In this document: positions 13,171-27,066 of the stretch, in pieces
Numbering within the stretch: position 1 is the stretch's first letter
Layout: every line of letters starts with the position of its first letter
NCBI GenBank assembly: GCA_951406725.2
Contig: OX597821.1
Coordinates: 9,486,001-9,550,000, forward strand
From: Octopus vulgaris
Lineage: Eukaryota
Reading direction: 5' to 3'
DNA length: 64,000 bases
The notes under the pieces: model-generated
The model's input: only the letters and a program-made list of their open reading frames with translations
What the model was told of the DNA's origin: nothing
Database searches by the model: none
Made by a program: the position numbers and the translations under genes

Positions 13171-15624
13171 CAGAAGGGAAAAATGGATGTCTTGACATAT
13201 CTTGCTAATTGGGATCGTCTCAAGAAACTCGTGATTTATTACCTCCAACGCAGATGCCACTCTATATCGTTTGTATGAAGTGGATTTGTTGTTCATTTTT
13301 AAGACTGGGGCAATCTAGTGGGATAGGAAATTTTCGGGAAGACAGCCGGCATCCAGTGATTTCCTCCCCATTGTCTTGGAGAGCTCTCAGCGATAGCACG
13401 ATAAACGAGTCAACGATAAGAAGAGGCGGAATCCATCCACAATATAATAGTAGCGACAAGAATATTACAGTGCCGACAATATCATACAAATGGACGAGGA
13501 TCCATATTGTAACGCTTTCTTATGTACAACTGTATATATATGTGGATGCAAATGTATTTATGTTTAAAAATCCTGGAACAAATACACAGGCCTATGCGCG
13601 AGGTCAAGTGTATATTCAAATATTAGGTAACTATACGAGGGATTTTCTTCTCCAACATTTATAAAATGTATTCATACCTTTTCTCCGCAAAATTATCCGT
13701 GTCTTTTCATGTAATATACCAGTAAATGTATATTAATAGCCTCATTTGTTAGTTCACTTAAAATTAGGTTTAGAGCGTCAGATTATTTCAAGTCTACCAA
13801 ACATGCAAAAATCTCTGCGCCAGAATTCCAGCAAATTCATGCATAGAAATATTTTCTTCAGAAGTAAAAGAATACCGAAATTGTTCAAATTGTTGTATCT
13901 CTTTTTGAACCAACTTCAAACGAATATATACGTATTTTCCGTTTTATAGTGATCAACGTACTCACATCTAAAGAAATTTTGTAGTGTCCCAAATAGGTAA
14001 ACTGGTTTCAGTTCCTGAATACATGAAATTACTTTTACTAAAGTGAAATATTTTTTCTCAAAACAATGTACGTGTATTCCTTGAATTCTTTACCCTTAAC
14101 TCCGTAATAGTAGACATCGAATAATACTTTTGTTTCATTTATATGAGAATTATAATCATATTACATTATTCGTGAGTTAATTTGTTGGTTGAATTCTTGC
14201 GTCCAGTACTTAGAAGTTTCCGTGTTCTCGCAAACACCACTGATGTAATCAAAGACTGCAACATCCCCATACAAATACATTCCAATGCAAGAAGCACTAA
14301 TATGGGCTTTGCATATGAGTGGCATTTGCGTTCTCTTACACACACTAATAATTTTGTCTTTCAACGTTGTCTGGTATCAACTTTTCGTCTGTACACTCTC
14401 CCTTTATTTCTTTGAAGAATCTCTCCTGATCTACACTGAATAACCTATTCTGCTGGTATCCCGTCATTCTTTGGTCCTATCTTGCCATATTCGCTTTCTT
14501 TGAAACAAGGAGCTGTTTCAATTCCTCTGTTCATTTCAGGCCCTTTCTTCCAATATCATACTTCTTGTTCAGTGCACTGTAATTTTGTTCGCCCCACCCT
14601 TTCTCTTTTCAGTCTAACACAGAGATGCCCTTCGAGTGGATATATAATCCCGCATGTATTCTTCCTTTCCATTATGGATCTTTTATTTTGTCACTCCCAT
14701 TATATTTCATTTTCATGACATCAAAACCAACAATGTCTGCTACAACAATATTTGTTGCTGTGATCAAATTATTTGTTTCTGTGATGATTTTTGTTCTGAT
14801 TTATTTCAGAATTCCATTCACGTTTATCATTTCTTAGTTCAATTTCCACTGACCAAACATTTTAAGGTTTGCAAGTAATGTCGCTATGATTCTACTGTAG
14901 CCTTGCCTTTATTCTGTCGTAGATAGACTTTTGCCCATCTGTCATGTCACCAATAGTTTTATTGTCTTATTCGAAACTATCCGTATGTCTCTCATCGACC
15001 AAGCATTCACTGTTCCTTTCCTGTAGATGTTTAGAGATTTCACATCTGTTTTCTGCTATGAAATTATTAGTAGGAACTGCATGTTCATCGTTTTCTCTGC
15101 TGCTGTTTTCCAATACCCGTGTTTTGAGAGCTTTGCGCTGTATTTCTGTGAATCAACGATATATTTCTTATTCCTCTGGCTCGAACACATAATCTCTGTT
15201 TCGTGAGTTGAATCAATCCTCTTTCTCTCTATTGCTTATACATACCTTGTTTGTACCCACTAAAATGAACACCTTTTTATTCTACAGGGTTGATCATGTC
15301 GTACACTCCATGACCACAGCACTGACTTGTTTGTTCTATGTACGCCGTGTGTTCTGGCTCCATGCTAGATAACGACAGGCTGGTGTCCGAGCAGTATCCC
15401 TGAGCTTTCAGAGTGTAAGACTGTCAACATCAAGGGCTTCAGTTTCATTACCACCGTTATTCACAATATTTTGTTTTTTTAATCGTCTCTCATAAGAGGT
15501 AGTGATTATCAGGTTGGGCACTCACCAGTGTTTTTATTGTGACACCATCACTAGATGTATCTTCAATCAGAGTATAGGGAGATTCCAACCGCTACGTTTC
15601 ATTATTATTATTATTATTATTATT

Positions 15625-16157
15625 ATGAGTGAGAGAGCAGTGCATGCCATCAAAGTAACACTGGGGTAAAATATATAAAGCCCAATATACCCATCATGAC
15701 TACCCGTCTGATAAGGGTACACTAGGCACATCCATCACAACCATATGTGCGCGACATGGCGATCACATATCAAGATAAACAGCGCATGACTTTGCAGGTG
15801 GGGCCCAGTTAGAATTTTCTTCAGGTTGAGTAGCCCATCCTGCTCAAAAGGTCTCTGAATAAGGGTTGTTTAAGGATGTTGAAAGAACCACCAATGTTTC
15901 CAGAGGTGAATTATTCAAACCCCAAAGAATCAATCTCAACACATGGCTATGATACTCCCCCACTACTTCTGCTCGTGATCAGAGATGCACATATCGTCAG
16001 CCACTAAGGGACATGCTTGACTGGTTAAGGTCAAACAACTGACAAGCAAATCTGTGGTATTGAGCAAAATATTTGCTGTAGCCCATCTTTTATACCAAGA
16101 CAAAACAATGTACATGATAACCCTTTCAATCAGTTAAGATCAGAAGCCATGAGAGCC
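15625..16157. mobile_element. Unclassified ~530-bp insert embedded in an (ATT)n microsatellite
   Basis: GC-richer, non-coding block with sharp edges and (ATT)n on both sides, as seen for the Dong-like inserts at 46-50 kb. Only one copy in the window. Confidence 0.4.
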
Positions 16158-16620
<463 letters not shown>

Positions 16621-16946
16621 TTTTCATTTATTATTAAATGATATAGTTGAATGTTTCCTTTCAACTCTTGTTTTGTAAGTGAGGCGTTCATAAATATGTG
16701 AGGGTTTAAGTGAAAAGCAGGAGAAAGTGAATCAGCGAGGGGAACAAATTAAATTCCACAGGAATGTAAAGAGATGGTGAAGAGATAAGCAGTAGGCATC
16801 CCTGTGCTATAAGGAGAGAAAAGATGTCTGAGACACTTGGGGTCAAAAGAGCTGAAATATGTTTACTACTACATGCAATCAATGAGAGGGCTGACCTTGG
16901 TGTGGAAATGAACAAATTCACCTTGTTCAGTTTTTAAACACTGACA

Positions 16947-17289
16947 GAAGCGCATGGCTCAGTGGTTAGAGCGTCGAGCTTACGATCGTGAGGTTGTGAG
17001 CTCGAATCCCGGACCGGGCTGCGTGTTGTGTTCTCGAGCAAGGCACTTTATTTCACGTTGCTCCAGTTCACTCAGCTGTAGAAATGAGTTGCGACATCAC
17101 TGGTGCCAAGCTGTATCGACCTTTGTCTTTCCCTTGGATAACACTGGTGGCGTGGAGAGGGGAGGCTGGTATGCATGGGCGACTGCTGGCCTTCCATAAA
17201 CAACCTTGCCCGGACTTGTATCTAGGAAGGTAACTTTCTAGGTGCAATCCCATGGTCATTCATGACCGAAGGGGGTCTTTACCCTTTAT
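16947..17289 (+). mobile_element. tRNA-derived SINE (family C), apparently full length
   Basis: A-box TGGCTCAGTGG (16955-16965) and B-box-like GAGCTCGAATCCC. Central block ttgtgttctcgagcaaggcactttatttcacgttgctccagttcactcagctg resembles conserved SINE central domains. Short ctttacccttta tail. Confidence 0.8.
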
Positions 17290-17418
17290 ATGTGTGTAAA
17301 CTGATGCTCAGTTTTAATATTTGAATTCCAGTTTTCCCCTTCAACATTTCTGTTTTTTTACTTATAAGTTTTGCTGTGGTTTACAGTTTTTCTAATTATG
17401 CAGGTGCTTACCTCCTTA

Positions 17419-17490
<72 letters not shown>

Positions 17491-17966
17491 ACCGAGATTC
17501 TTGTCGCTGATTTTCGACTTACATGATAAATTGCGTCCTAAATATCAGTGGCAAGATTCTTTGGTGCATTGCACTTGCAAAGCTAATATTATAAAATGTT
17601 TAATTTGGATCTCTATATATATTCTGTTATAAAGTCTAGAAATAAAATAATTGGAGAAATAAATCACCGAAGCATGCACGGAAAAGGTATAGGAGACACA
17701 CAACACTTGAAAATTAAATATATACGCATATCAATAAAAGATAAGAAAAATAAAGTTAAAAATATTTTTAAATGCTGGTCTTTTGCCGAAATAGGATCAG
17801 AGTAAATCCAATATTTTGTACTAGAAAAGGTTTTCAGTATTAAGTGGGAGTCAGCACTTGACTTTCAAAATTTAAGGTACATTATGTAAAAGCTTTGACT
17901 TCAATTTATAACGTTACTTTCAGTTAAGCAACGATTAATTGTCTTTGTTCCGCCAATGTGTATATA

Positions 17967-18570
17967 CAATGGTTGGACAAAATAATGGAAACACCTAGCA
18001 TCTTAGCATAAATAAGTTTGATATATATATGTAAAATCGTCAAACGTTTGTTTATTTTTATATTTTTTTATTTCTTAGTGTTGCGTAATGTTTTGCTAAA
18101 TTTGCTGTTTCTTTTCAGATATCAGAAAAACCTAATTAAAATTCATTAAAATGACACATCTATCGGACTTTCAAAGAGGTCAAATTGTTGGTGCTTATAT
18201 GGCAGGCGCTAGCATAACGAAAACAGCTGAAATGTTTGGTGTATCAAGAAGTACTCTTTTGAAAGTAATGACAGCCTTCGAGAAAGAGGGAAACACCTCC
18301 TCGTCGAAACAAAATTCCGGAAGAAAACCAAACATTTCAGATAGGGACAGTTGGGTTCTTACACGAATTGTTACAAACAATCACAAAAGTACAGATTCCA
18401 AAATTACTGCAGAACTTAATGACCATCTTGAGAACCCAGTTTCCACAAAAACTGTTCTCCGGGAGCTACAAAGAGCTGCAATCAGAAAAGCACTACTTTA
18501 GCTCCTAATGTAGCTAAATCAGAGGGCTGCAATCAGAAAAGCACTACTTTAGCTCCTAATGTAGCTAAAA
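17967..18570 (+). mobile_element. 3'-truncated Tc1-like DNA transposon (left TIR and paired-like HTH ORF 18151-18501)
   Basis: TA|CAATGGTTGGACAAAATAATGGAAACACC terminus. ORF LSDFQRGQIVGA...A..FGVSRST...SGRKP.ISDRD...ITAELN is the Tc1 DNA-binding domain. No DDE domain. Ends in a ~50-bp tandem duplication. A solo copy of the TIR lies at about 53393-53450. Confidence 0.85.
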
Positions 18571-19675
18571 ACTCAGCTTCCCTTAGCAAGTTATCCTGGC
18601 AACAGCAAAACGAAATATGACTTACAATGGTCGACTTTCGCTAGAGCTAAGCCGTATTAAATAGGACGAATGAGCCGCGAACTTTGCTGTCAGTCGAAAT
18701 ACTTACATCAGAGAGTAACATAATTAACTGGAGCCAATGGGTTTAATGCCAAATGGATAAATGCACGTTATCGAAATTATTCTATTTTCTCATTATTTTT
18801 TTATTTTCATTTCATCTTTATTTCATTGAATTCTTTTTCATTTTGTGCATTTATTTTTGATTTTATTGTTATTCTATTTTATTTTTATGTTTCATCTTAT
18901 ATTTTCCCTCTATCTACTTATCCTCTTTTGCTATAGCTTTCTTTACCTATTATTGCTGGTGGTTCTTTCATTCCATTTACCCTTAATTTTGTCTAATACA
19001 CTTCACTCTCAATATGATATAGTAATAAGTACCCACCATTAAACATTTAAGCCAACCACATGAATAAATCTGTAATATCAATTTTCAAATTATTATCTGG
19101 ATAGTATTTAAACTGACGACAATGTAACTGCTTTGTAGTGTAATGACACACTTACACAGACTAAGGCCCCTAATACATCCATTGCTGTATTCTCTTTGAT
19201 TTCTGGCTATCACATATCCATACCGCTTTCATTCTTCCATCTTGTACCCCTTCTCTATTGTGTCCACCTTTTCCTCTTCTTTTACTTTCTTCCCCTTTCC
19301 TTTAGATCTTCTCTTCCATATCGTCATTTCTTTTTTTATCTTTTTTATTATCTCTGTTCTACTGACCTGGTGTTGCATATTTTCGCTCCTCTTACTATGC
19401 GTCTATCGTTCCCTTTCATTTTCTGCTTGGTTTTATCGGTATACACCAAGAATCATAATGATATCATTAATTATTTAACACCGTTCAGTTTTTCTAAACT
19501 GGTCAATTGACCGATTGAGAAAACAGGTCAATGAAGGACCAGATAAAAACGATCGGAAACAGCCGTAAGTTGATTTTACTACAATAAAGTAATATATAAT
19601 AAACGTTAATAGATGTGTGTACATTTTATTTCTGATTCAAAAATTTGGGATATAAGCAAGAAAATATTTACTTAC

Positions 19676-19788
19676 CACTCATAAAATTATATATTATCGG
19701 ATTTATGGCACTGTTCACGTAACACAGAAAACGAGAGATTAGCGAAAAGATTGATATGGCATTCAAATTATTCGAAACTTTCGCATAT
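19676..19788 (-). CDS. Same GPCR, exon encoding ECL3 and TM7 (NPxxY)
   Basis: Not in the ORF track; read by eye. ttccttcgtttcag|A TAT GCG ... ATG AGT G|gtaagt gives (R)YAKVSNNLNAISIFSLISRFLCYVNSAINPIIYNFMS. 113 nt, phase 2 in and phase 1 out, matching both neighbouring exons. Confidence 0.93.
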
Positions 19789-20609
19789 CTGAAACGAAGG
19801 AAAAAAACACAGACTTTTAACAATATTATTAGTATCTTTTGTTTTTATTTTGGTAGTGGGTAAATCTTAAATGCACAAAATATCAAATCTCAAGACTTTC
19901 GAGACTGGGTTTTAAGAAGAGAGGAATATGTCCTTAGAGAGATAACAGGTCAATAATGATTGCAAGAAAGAAGATTCCGCTAATAATCATCTGCGTGTCG
20001 CCGGTATCTGAGATCAAGTAGGTAATGGATTCAAAACAGAAACAATCTTTCAATGGGTATTCTGTGAGTTAGCTTCTTGCAAGTTTCATTTTTATGAATA
20101 TAGATATATGCAAATGAGCGGTTAAGTGAAATTGTTAATCCCTAGGTTTGTGAAAAGTGATGGCACAATATTTAGGTAATTTGATATTTGATTTTTATAT
20201 TAATAGTACTGCAATTTTTATTTTCATTCATTATTATGACAGGTAGAAATAAGATAAACCTTCTGCATGGTGATAAGCTTTCATAGCCTGAAAATTGTAT
20301 CCATTCCCTGTCATTTTAGCCAACAACATACTGCCAATGGCAAGCAGTACGCCGTATAATCGAATGAAACTAAACCGAGCATATTGGGTGACATATTTCT
20401 TTTGAACAAGACACCTGATCAGTTGCATCAACACTGGAAGATGCAAAACTACCAGTTTTATACAGGATAAGTGGAAAGTAACTAGGCATTAGACATTGCT
20501 TATAGAATTTTTAATATCACTGTAATCATGAAATCATTTTTCAAACAGACAACACTAATAGGAATTTCTTATATTTTTATTGTCTTATTTCTTATTTCTT
20601 ATATTCCAG

Positions 20610-21120
20610 ATGGCCTGTAGCTTCACTGTTCATAAGTGAGCTAAGATAGCAGCACGCTATACATTGTGGAATTCAATTGATTTGGTTCAGAGGCGGCGTG
20701 CATTGAAAGATAAGCATGAAACACTACATTCAGAAACAAAAAAAAAGAGTTATCATGCAAAGCTGATGACCGCGGGCTTCGTGAATGATGCATAAGAAGT
20801 GTCCGCCCAAGCATATCCAGATCAGCGGAGACGTGAAAACAGTACAGGAAATATTTAATCGGAGTCCGCAAAACCAACACGTCAAGTATCTCGTGAAAGT
20901 GGACTAACAAGATACACAGTACGTACGGTGTTGCATAAAGAATTGAATTTCCGTCCGTGAAAACCCCATTACATGAAAGAGATAAAACATGAATAGTGTG
21001 ACCGCAGAAGTCCAGAACTCCAAGAAGTTCAGGTCTCGCTACATGAGATTTTCATCTGTGGGGTTACACAAAAGAGGACGTCTACAAGCAAAACCTTGCA
21101 CAGTGGAGGACTTGGAGACT
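20610..21120 (+). mobile_element. Degenerate, internally deleted Tc1/mariner-superfamily transposase (DD37D/DD41D-like)
   Basis: Broken frames give ...KIAARY..WNSI.LVQR...FNRSP.K..RQVSRESGLTRYTVRTVLHKELNFRP*KPHY and ...DFHLWGYTKEDVY...PCTVEDLE. Confidence 0.6.
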
Positions 21121-21174
21121 ACACACACACACATATTCCCACACCCACCCACACATATATATATATATATACCT

Positions 21175-21408
21175 TTATTTATTTTATTGTTCCAGTCAGA
21201 TGACTGTGACCATGCTGGGGCACCGCTTTGGTCGAGTTATTCACCCTAGGGCTTATTCTTTGTAAGCCTAGTACTTATCTTATCGCTCTCTTTTGCAGAA
21301 CCGCTAAATTACGGGGAGCGCGAACATGCCACCATCGCTTCCCAGGCGATTTTCGAGGGACAAACACACAAACAGTCACACAAAAAAACACGCAATACAT
21401 ACATGCAT

Positions 21409-21459
<51 letters not shown>

Positions 21460-21526
21460 ATTTTTTATTTCTTCAGAATATACTCTTCGTGGTTAGACGA
21501 TTTGTATGTGTATGTGTATATGTATG

Positions 21527-21605
<79 letters not shown>

Positions 21606-22055
21606 GTGTAGTTACTAGGCTATAGTAGACGGGTCGATATATTCGATAAAAATTTCGAGGCAGTGTCCTAGCACGGCCGCAGGCAAATAATTATATATAT
21701 ATATAATAATTATATATATATATAATTATTTGCCTGCGGCCGTGCTAGGACACTGCCTCGAAATTTTTATCGAATATATCGACCCGTCTACTATAGCCTA
21801 GTACCTACACTAGCGACCGTGTTTGCCTAACCACTAAGTTATGTGGACGTAAACACACTGATACCGGCTGGCAAGTGATGGTGGGGGACAAACACAGACA
21901 CAAAGACATATACACACATAGACACATATATACATATATGGGAGGGGCTTCTTTCAGTTTCTGCCTACCAAACTTAGGGCATTGATCGGGCCGAGACTTT
22001 AGGAGTTGGACTTAATGCGGGGCAGCGTGGTTGGGAAGCACTTTCTTACCACACA
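21175..22055 (-). mobile_element. Two degraded family-A SINE copies separated by microsatellite and a fold-back
   Basis: cagtcagatgactgtgaccatgctggggcaccgc... at about 21190 and tttgcctgcggccgtgctagg...ctttcagtttctgcctaccaaa...cttaccacaca at about 21728-22055 match 41486-41894. Confidence 0.7.
21604..21812. repeat. Near-perfect palindrome, 104-bp arms around one central base
   Basis: 21604-21707 is the reverse complement of 21709-21812 with one mismatch. Confidence 0.95.
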
Positions 22056-22908
22056 AATATTCATATATTTACTGTAAATATTATTTACACCTCATGAATC
22101 TTACACAGAATTTAACCACTTCTCGAGCCCTTTTACTGTGCCCTATCTTTGAAATTATAAAATAGGACAGAAATTATAAAATATGTACCATCTTTGTAAA
22201 TTGATGGTAGAAGATATGTGAAACGCTTTAACTGCTAATTTTAGCAATTCAATTGACCATGAACAGATCGATTCAATCTATCTATCATCTTAAATTATAC
22301 AGATGGGGCTGTGATCATTTATATAAGACAACACTTTTCAATGTTATCTTTCCTTTCCCCAATACTCTGAAGAATAGGAAATGAAATTTGCATCTACATC
22401 GAGCAGAAAGATGAAGCGACGTCGTAGCTGTGACGTCGGCCCTTTTGATAGACAGCCGTTTACTTTAGTTGCAGCGATTATTTCTCTCTGGTATGTGATA
22501 TAAACAAGAAGTACTGCTCTCAAGACGTTGAGTCTACACAGTACAGGACTATAGACAGAATATATCAATTATCAACAAGATGAATGTACTCAATTGCCCT
22601 TTCACATTGTTTATGCAGTAGATCACAGAAATGCCGAGGCATGGTATAGAAAAGACGATCATACATATACTGCCCGGTAATTATTTGTATCTACTATTCA
22701 ATATAACGGAGATGTGGTTTGTAAATGAATATCTGATGGGAAACTATTTAACGTGTAGGGAACATACTCCTTCAAATAAAAGGAAACAATCCACCACTAA
22801 TTTTCACAGAGACGCACATGCGTGCATGTAATCATTCATACATATGTGCACATATATTTTCATGCATCTATTTATCTATCTATCTATCGCTTTCTCTCTC
22901 TCTCTTTT

Positions 22909-22946
<38 letters not shown>

Positions 22947-22995
22947 TTCGGAATGGTCATATATGTATATATTATTATATAATAAATATTTAAAC

Positions 22996-23049
<54 letters not shown>

Positions 23050-23084
23050 AAGAAAAAACGTTCGTCAGGATTTTGAAGAGAAAA

Positions 23085-24250
<1,166 letters not shown>

Positions 24251-24291
24251 TCTTTTTATTTCAATATTTAATTTCTCTATATCACACCTGA

Positions 24292-24339
<48 letters not shown>

Positions 24340-25286
24340 ATGTATGTATGTATGTATGTATGTATGTATGTATGTATGTGTGTGTGAGTGTGTGTTTGTA
24401 TATATATATATGTATTTATATATGCAGATGTATACGTATTCTTAGTTTTTGTAGGGACTTCGTCTGCCGGCTTATTCCCCCTAGAAAATGAGGAAACTTG
24501 ATTTTGTAAGAAAATTCATCTTATAATTAGAATTAAGGCACATCGCAGATTATTCGTAAATGCACAGGTGATGTACACATTGCTCTTTTAAAACAACAAT
24601 ATGTAATTTAAGATATATATACATCGGCTGTCTCCTGTGCAGATTAAGCCTCCCGAATTCCATTCGGAGGATATAGGCCAACTGGAGGATTTTCTATTAA
24701 AGCGCTGTCCAATCTATCATTCATTGGGATCGGGCCTGAAATTATGGAAAGCAAACAACATTTTATCAATGGATATTAATATTCTGAAGACTGCGAATTT
24801 CAGTGTTTTTATAAAGCTTCTATTAAAGTAATTTTATTTTTTTATTAGTAAACTTAACATTAATTAAGCTGTATTCGATGTAAGGTTACTGAAAAGTCAA
24901 AAGATTGAACTGACATTAATGAATCTTGCGAAATACGAATTGGCCAAATCGAGTTTTCCAATTCTTTTAGATTACAATTTCAAAATTGAACAAGAAAAAA
25001 TAAATTTTCTTAACAGACACTATTTCATACTGATATATGTTTGTAACTATATAGATGCATCCCGGTAATTCTCAATGTTTTATCAGTAATCATATATATG
25101 TATCTTTCAAATTTAATGTAGAAAATTTGTGGCACATCTTGATGGGTTTATTCGAATAAATTGACCCCAGTATTTATAATTTTAAAGCCGAAATTCATTT
25201 CGTCGAGATACTTTTCGGAAACGTTAAGTTGCATAAGGAAACATAGACCAGATGTCAAGCGGTAATGTATATACATGTATATTATA

Positions 25287-25433
25287 TTACTTTTTATTTG
25301 TTTCAGTCATTTGACTGCGGCTATGCTGGAACACCATCTTAAAGTGTGTTAGTCAAAGAAATCTCCCCCAGAACATTTTTGTAAGCCCGCTACTTAATCT
25401 ATCGTTCCTTTTTTTCAAACCGATAGCTTACAG

Positions 25434-25439
<6 letters not shown>
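25287..25439 (-). mobile_element. 3' fragment of family-A SINE
   Basis: ttgtttcagtcatttgactgcggctatgctggaacaccatc...gtaagcccgctactta matches the tail of 41486-41894. Confidence 0.75.
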
Positions 25440-25472
<33 letters not shown>

Positions 25473-25473
<1 letters not shown>

Positions 25474-25857
25474 TAGCAGTATTTCCCGGCGTTGCTCGGG
25501 TTTGTAAGGGAAATAACTATAAAGCATTTTTAGAGAGTTATAGCCAAAAAATAGCAAAAAAATGGGAAAAAAATGATAGTAAATTTTTTTTTGATAGTTA
25601 AAAAGGTCGATTCGCGTCCCCTAGACCATCTGTGGTTTGTGTTTCTGATTGTCGACCCCATGTCGAATTTATCGATCTTTTTCAGAACTGGGGGAACTTT
25701 TCAAAATTTTCGCTGCGTTAGTTTTGAATTATGACATTGGGCTATGTGTGTGTCAAGTTTCATCAGAATCGGTTGAAAGCCGTGGTCAGAGTGAGGGTAC
25801 AACCAAACAGACACACAGAAACACACACAGACAAACTGCCGTTTATATATAGAGAGA
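25473..25857 (-). mobile_element. Non-autonomous Helitron
   Basis: Minus strand begins A|TC and ends CTAG|T (AT target, no TSD), with a subterminal hairpin CCCGAGCAACGCCGGG about 8 nt before CTAG. Shares its 3' end with 56253-56549. Confidence 0.8.
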
Positions 25858-26600
25858 TATAATCCAATGGTATATAAAATTGGTCATTTCAAGTATAGAG
25901 TTTGTAAACAATGCTATTAAATCAAGGATTTTATTTAAAGTGACCTAAAAGTAGGGAATGTATTGTAATCTCATGCATATAGTTGCATAGCTAGGTACGC
26001 CCATATATACTACTGGAAAGTTTTACAGATATTTACATTTCCAGTGATGGATTGGATGTGTAGTCTTCGAGTTAGCTTTGTTCTTTCTGGTTTTGAGACG
26101 ACTAATTTCTCAAGATTTTAGTCACAAGGTATTGGAATCTTATATGTATAGCCTTCTGCCTAAATAACGGATCTGCAAATGCAATATTCGTGCATATCTC
26201 ACATCTGTTTTCATTCCACTTCACTCTATTTTGTATCTTATCTAAATTAACTATTATTTAACCATTCTCTCACACCGTCTCCAATGAAGGGATCAGCTGT
26301 AAGTCATTCTATTTCAAAATGTTCTAAACGCTTTACAGCCTTGGTACTTTATCTCATTCTGAAAAAAATATATATATACTCACGCTGATATATGACCTAC
26401 GCTGGACTCCTTATTCGCATAATCACCGAACCTCGAGCTTAAATATAGTTTATCCATAGCACTTGCTCAGCATTACCTGCAACCCTTGGGCCTTACACAT
26501 TCTGTATCCTCTTTGATTTCTGGCTATCACATATCCATACCGCTTTCATTCTTCCATCTTGTATCCCTGCTCTGTTGTGTCCACCTTTTCCTCTTCTTTT

Positions 26601-26640
<40 letters not shown>

Positions 26641-26655
26641 TTATATATATATATA

Positions 26656-26771
<116 letters not shown>

Positions 26772-26855
26772 ATAGTATTTTCACACAAGCAGTTTCTCGA
26801 GTTATTGAAAACTATGGGTGTGTTTCAAATAAATACTTGTCCGCATGAGCCTTAC

Positions 26856-26997
26856 CTGACAATATTGAGAATATGTACCGGCAAATTGCATATTCCAAAA
26901 ACAATGACGACTGTGATCAACATCTTGGCCGCCTTTCGTCTCGTCTGCAGCTGAGCATTGGTGTTTGGGTTTCGATTTTCAGTCATTAATCTGTGGC
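26856..26997 (-). CDS. Orexin/allatotropin-receptor-like class A GPCR, exon encoding end of ICL3 and TM6
   Basis: Translates (G)HRLMTENRNPNTNAQLQTRRKAAKMLITVVIVFGICNLPVHILNIV(R), closely resembling the orexin/allatotropin receptor TM6 (Q.R.RRK.A.ML..V...F..C.LP). Acceptor ...aatattgcag| at 26998-27000, donor |gtaagg at 26855. 142 nt, phase 1 in, phase 2 out. Confidence 0.9.
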
Positions 26998-27066
26998 CTG
27001 CAATATTCGATTTTAGATTTATTTTAAACTTCAGCAACATTGTAAAAGTATTTACCATAATATATA

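Noticed and set aside
16947-17020. Functional tRNA gene
   Set aside because: The T-loop is mutated (GCTCGAA), acceptor pairing is poor, and it continues into a SINE body.
22380-22560. CpG-richer patch with TGACGTC, CTTTTGAT and TAAACAA motifs as an intronic enhancer
   Set aside because: Short motifs occur by chance and I have no conservation or chromatin evidence.
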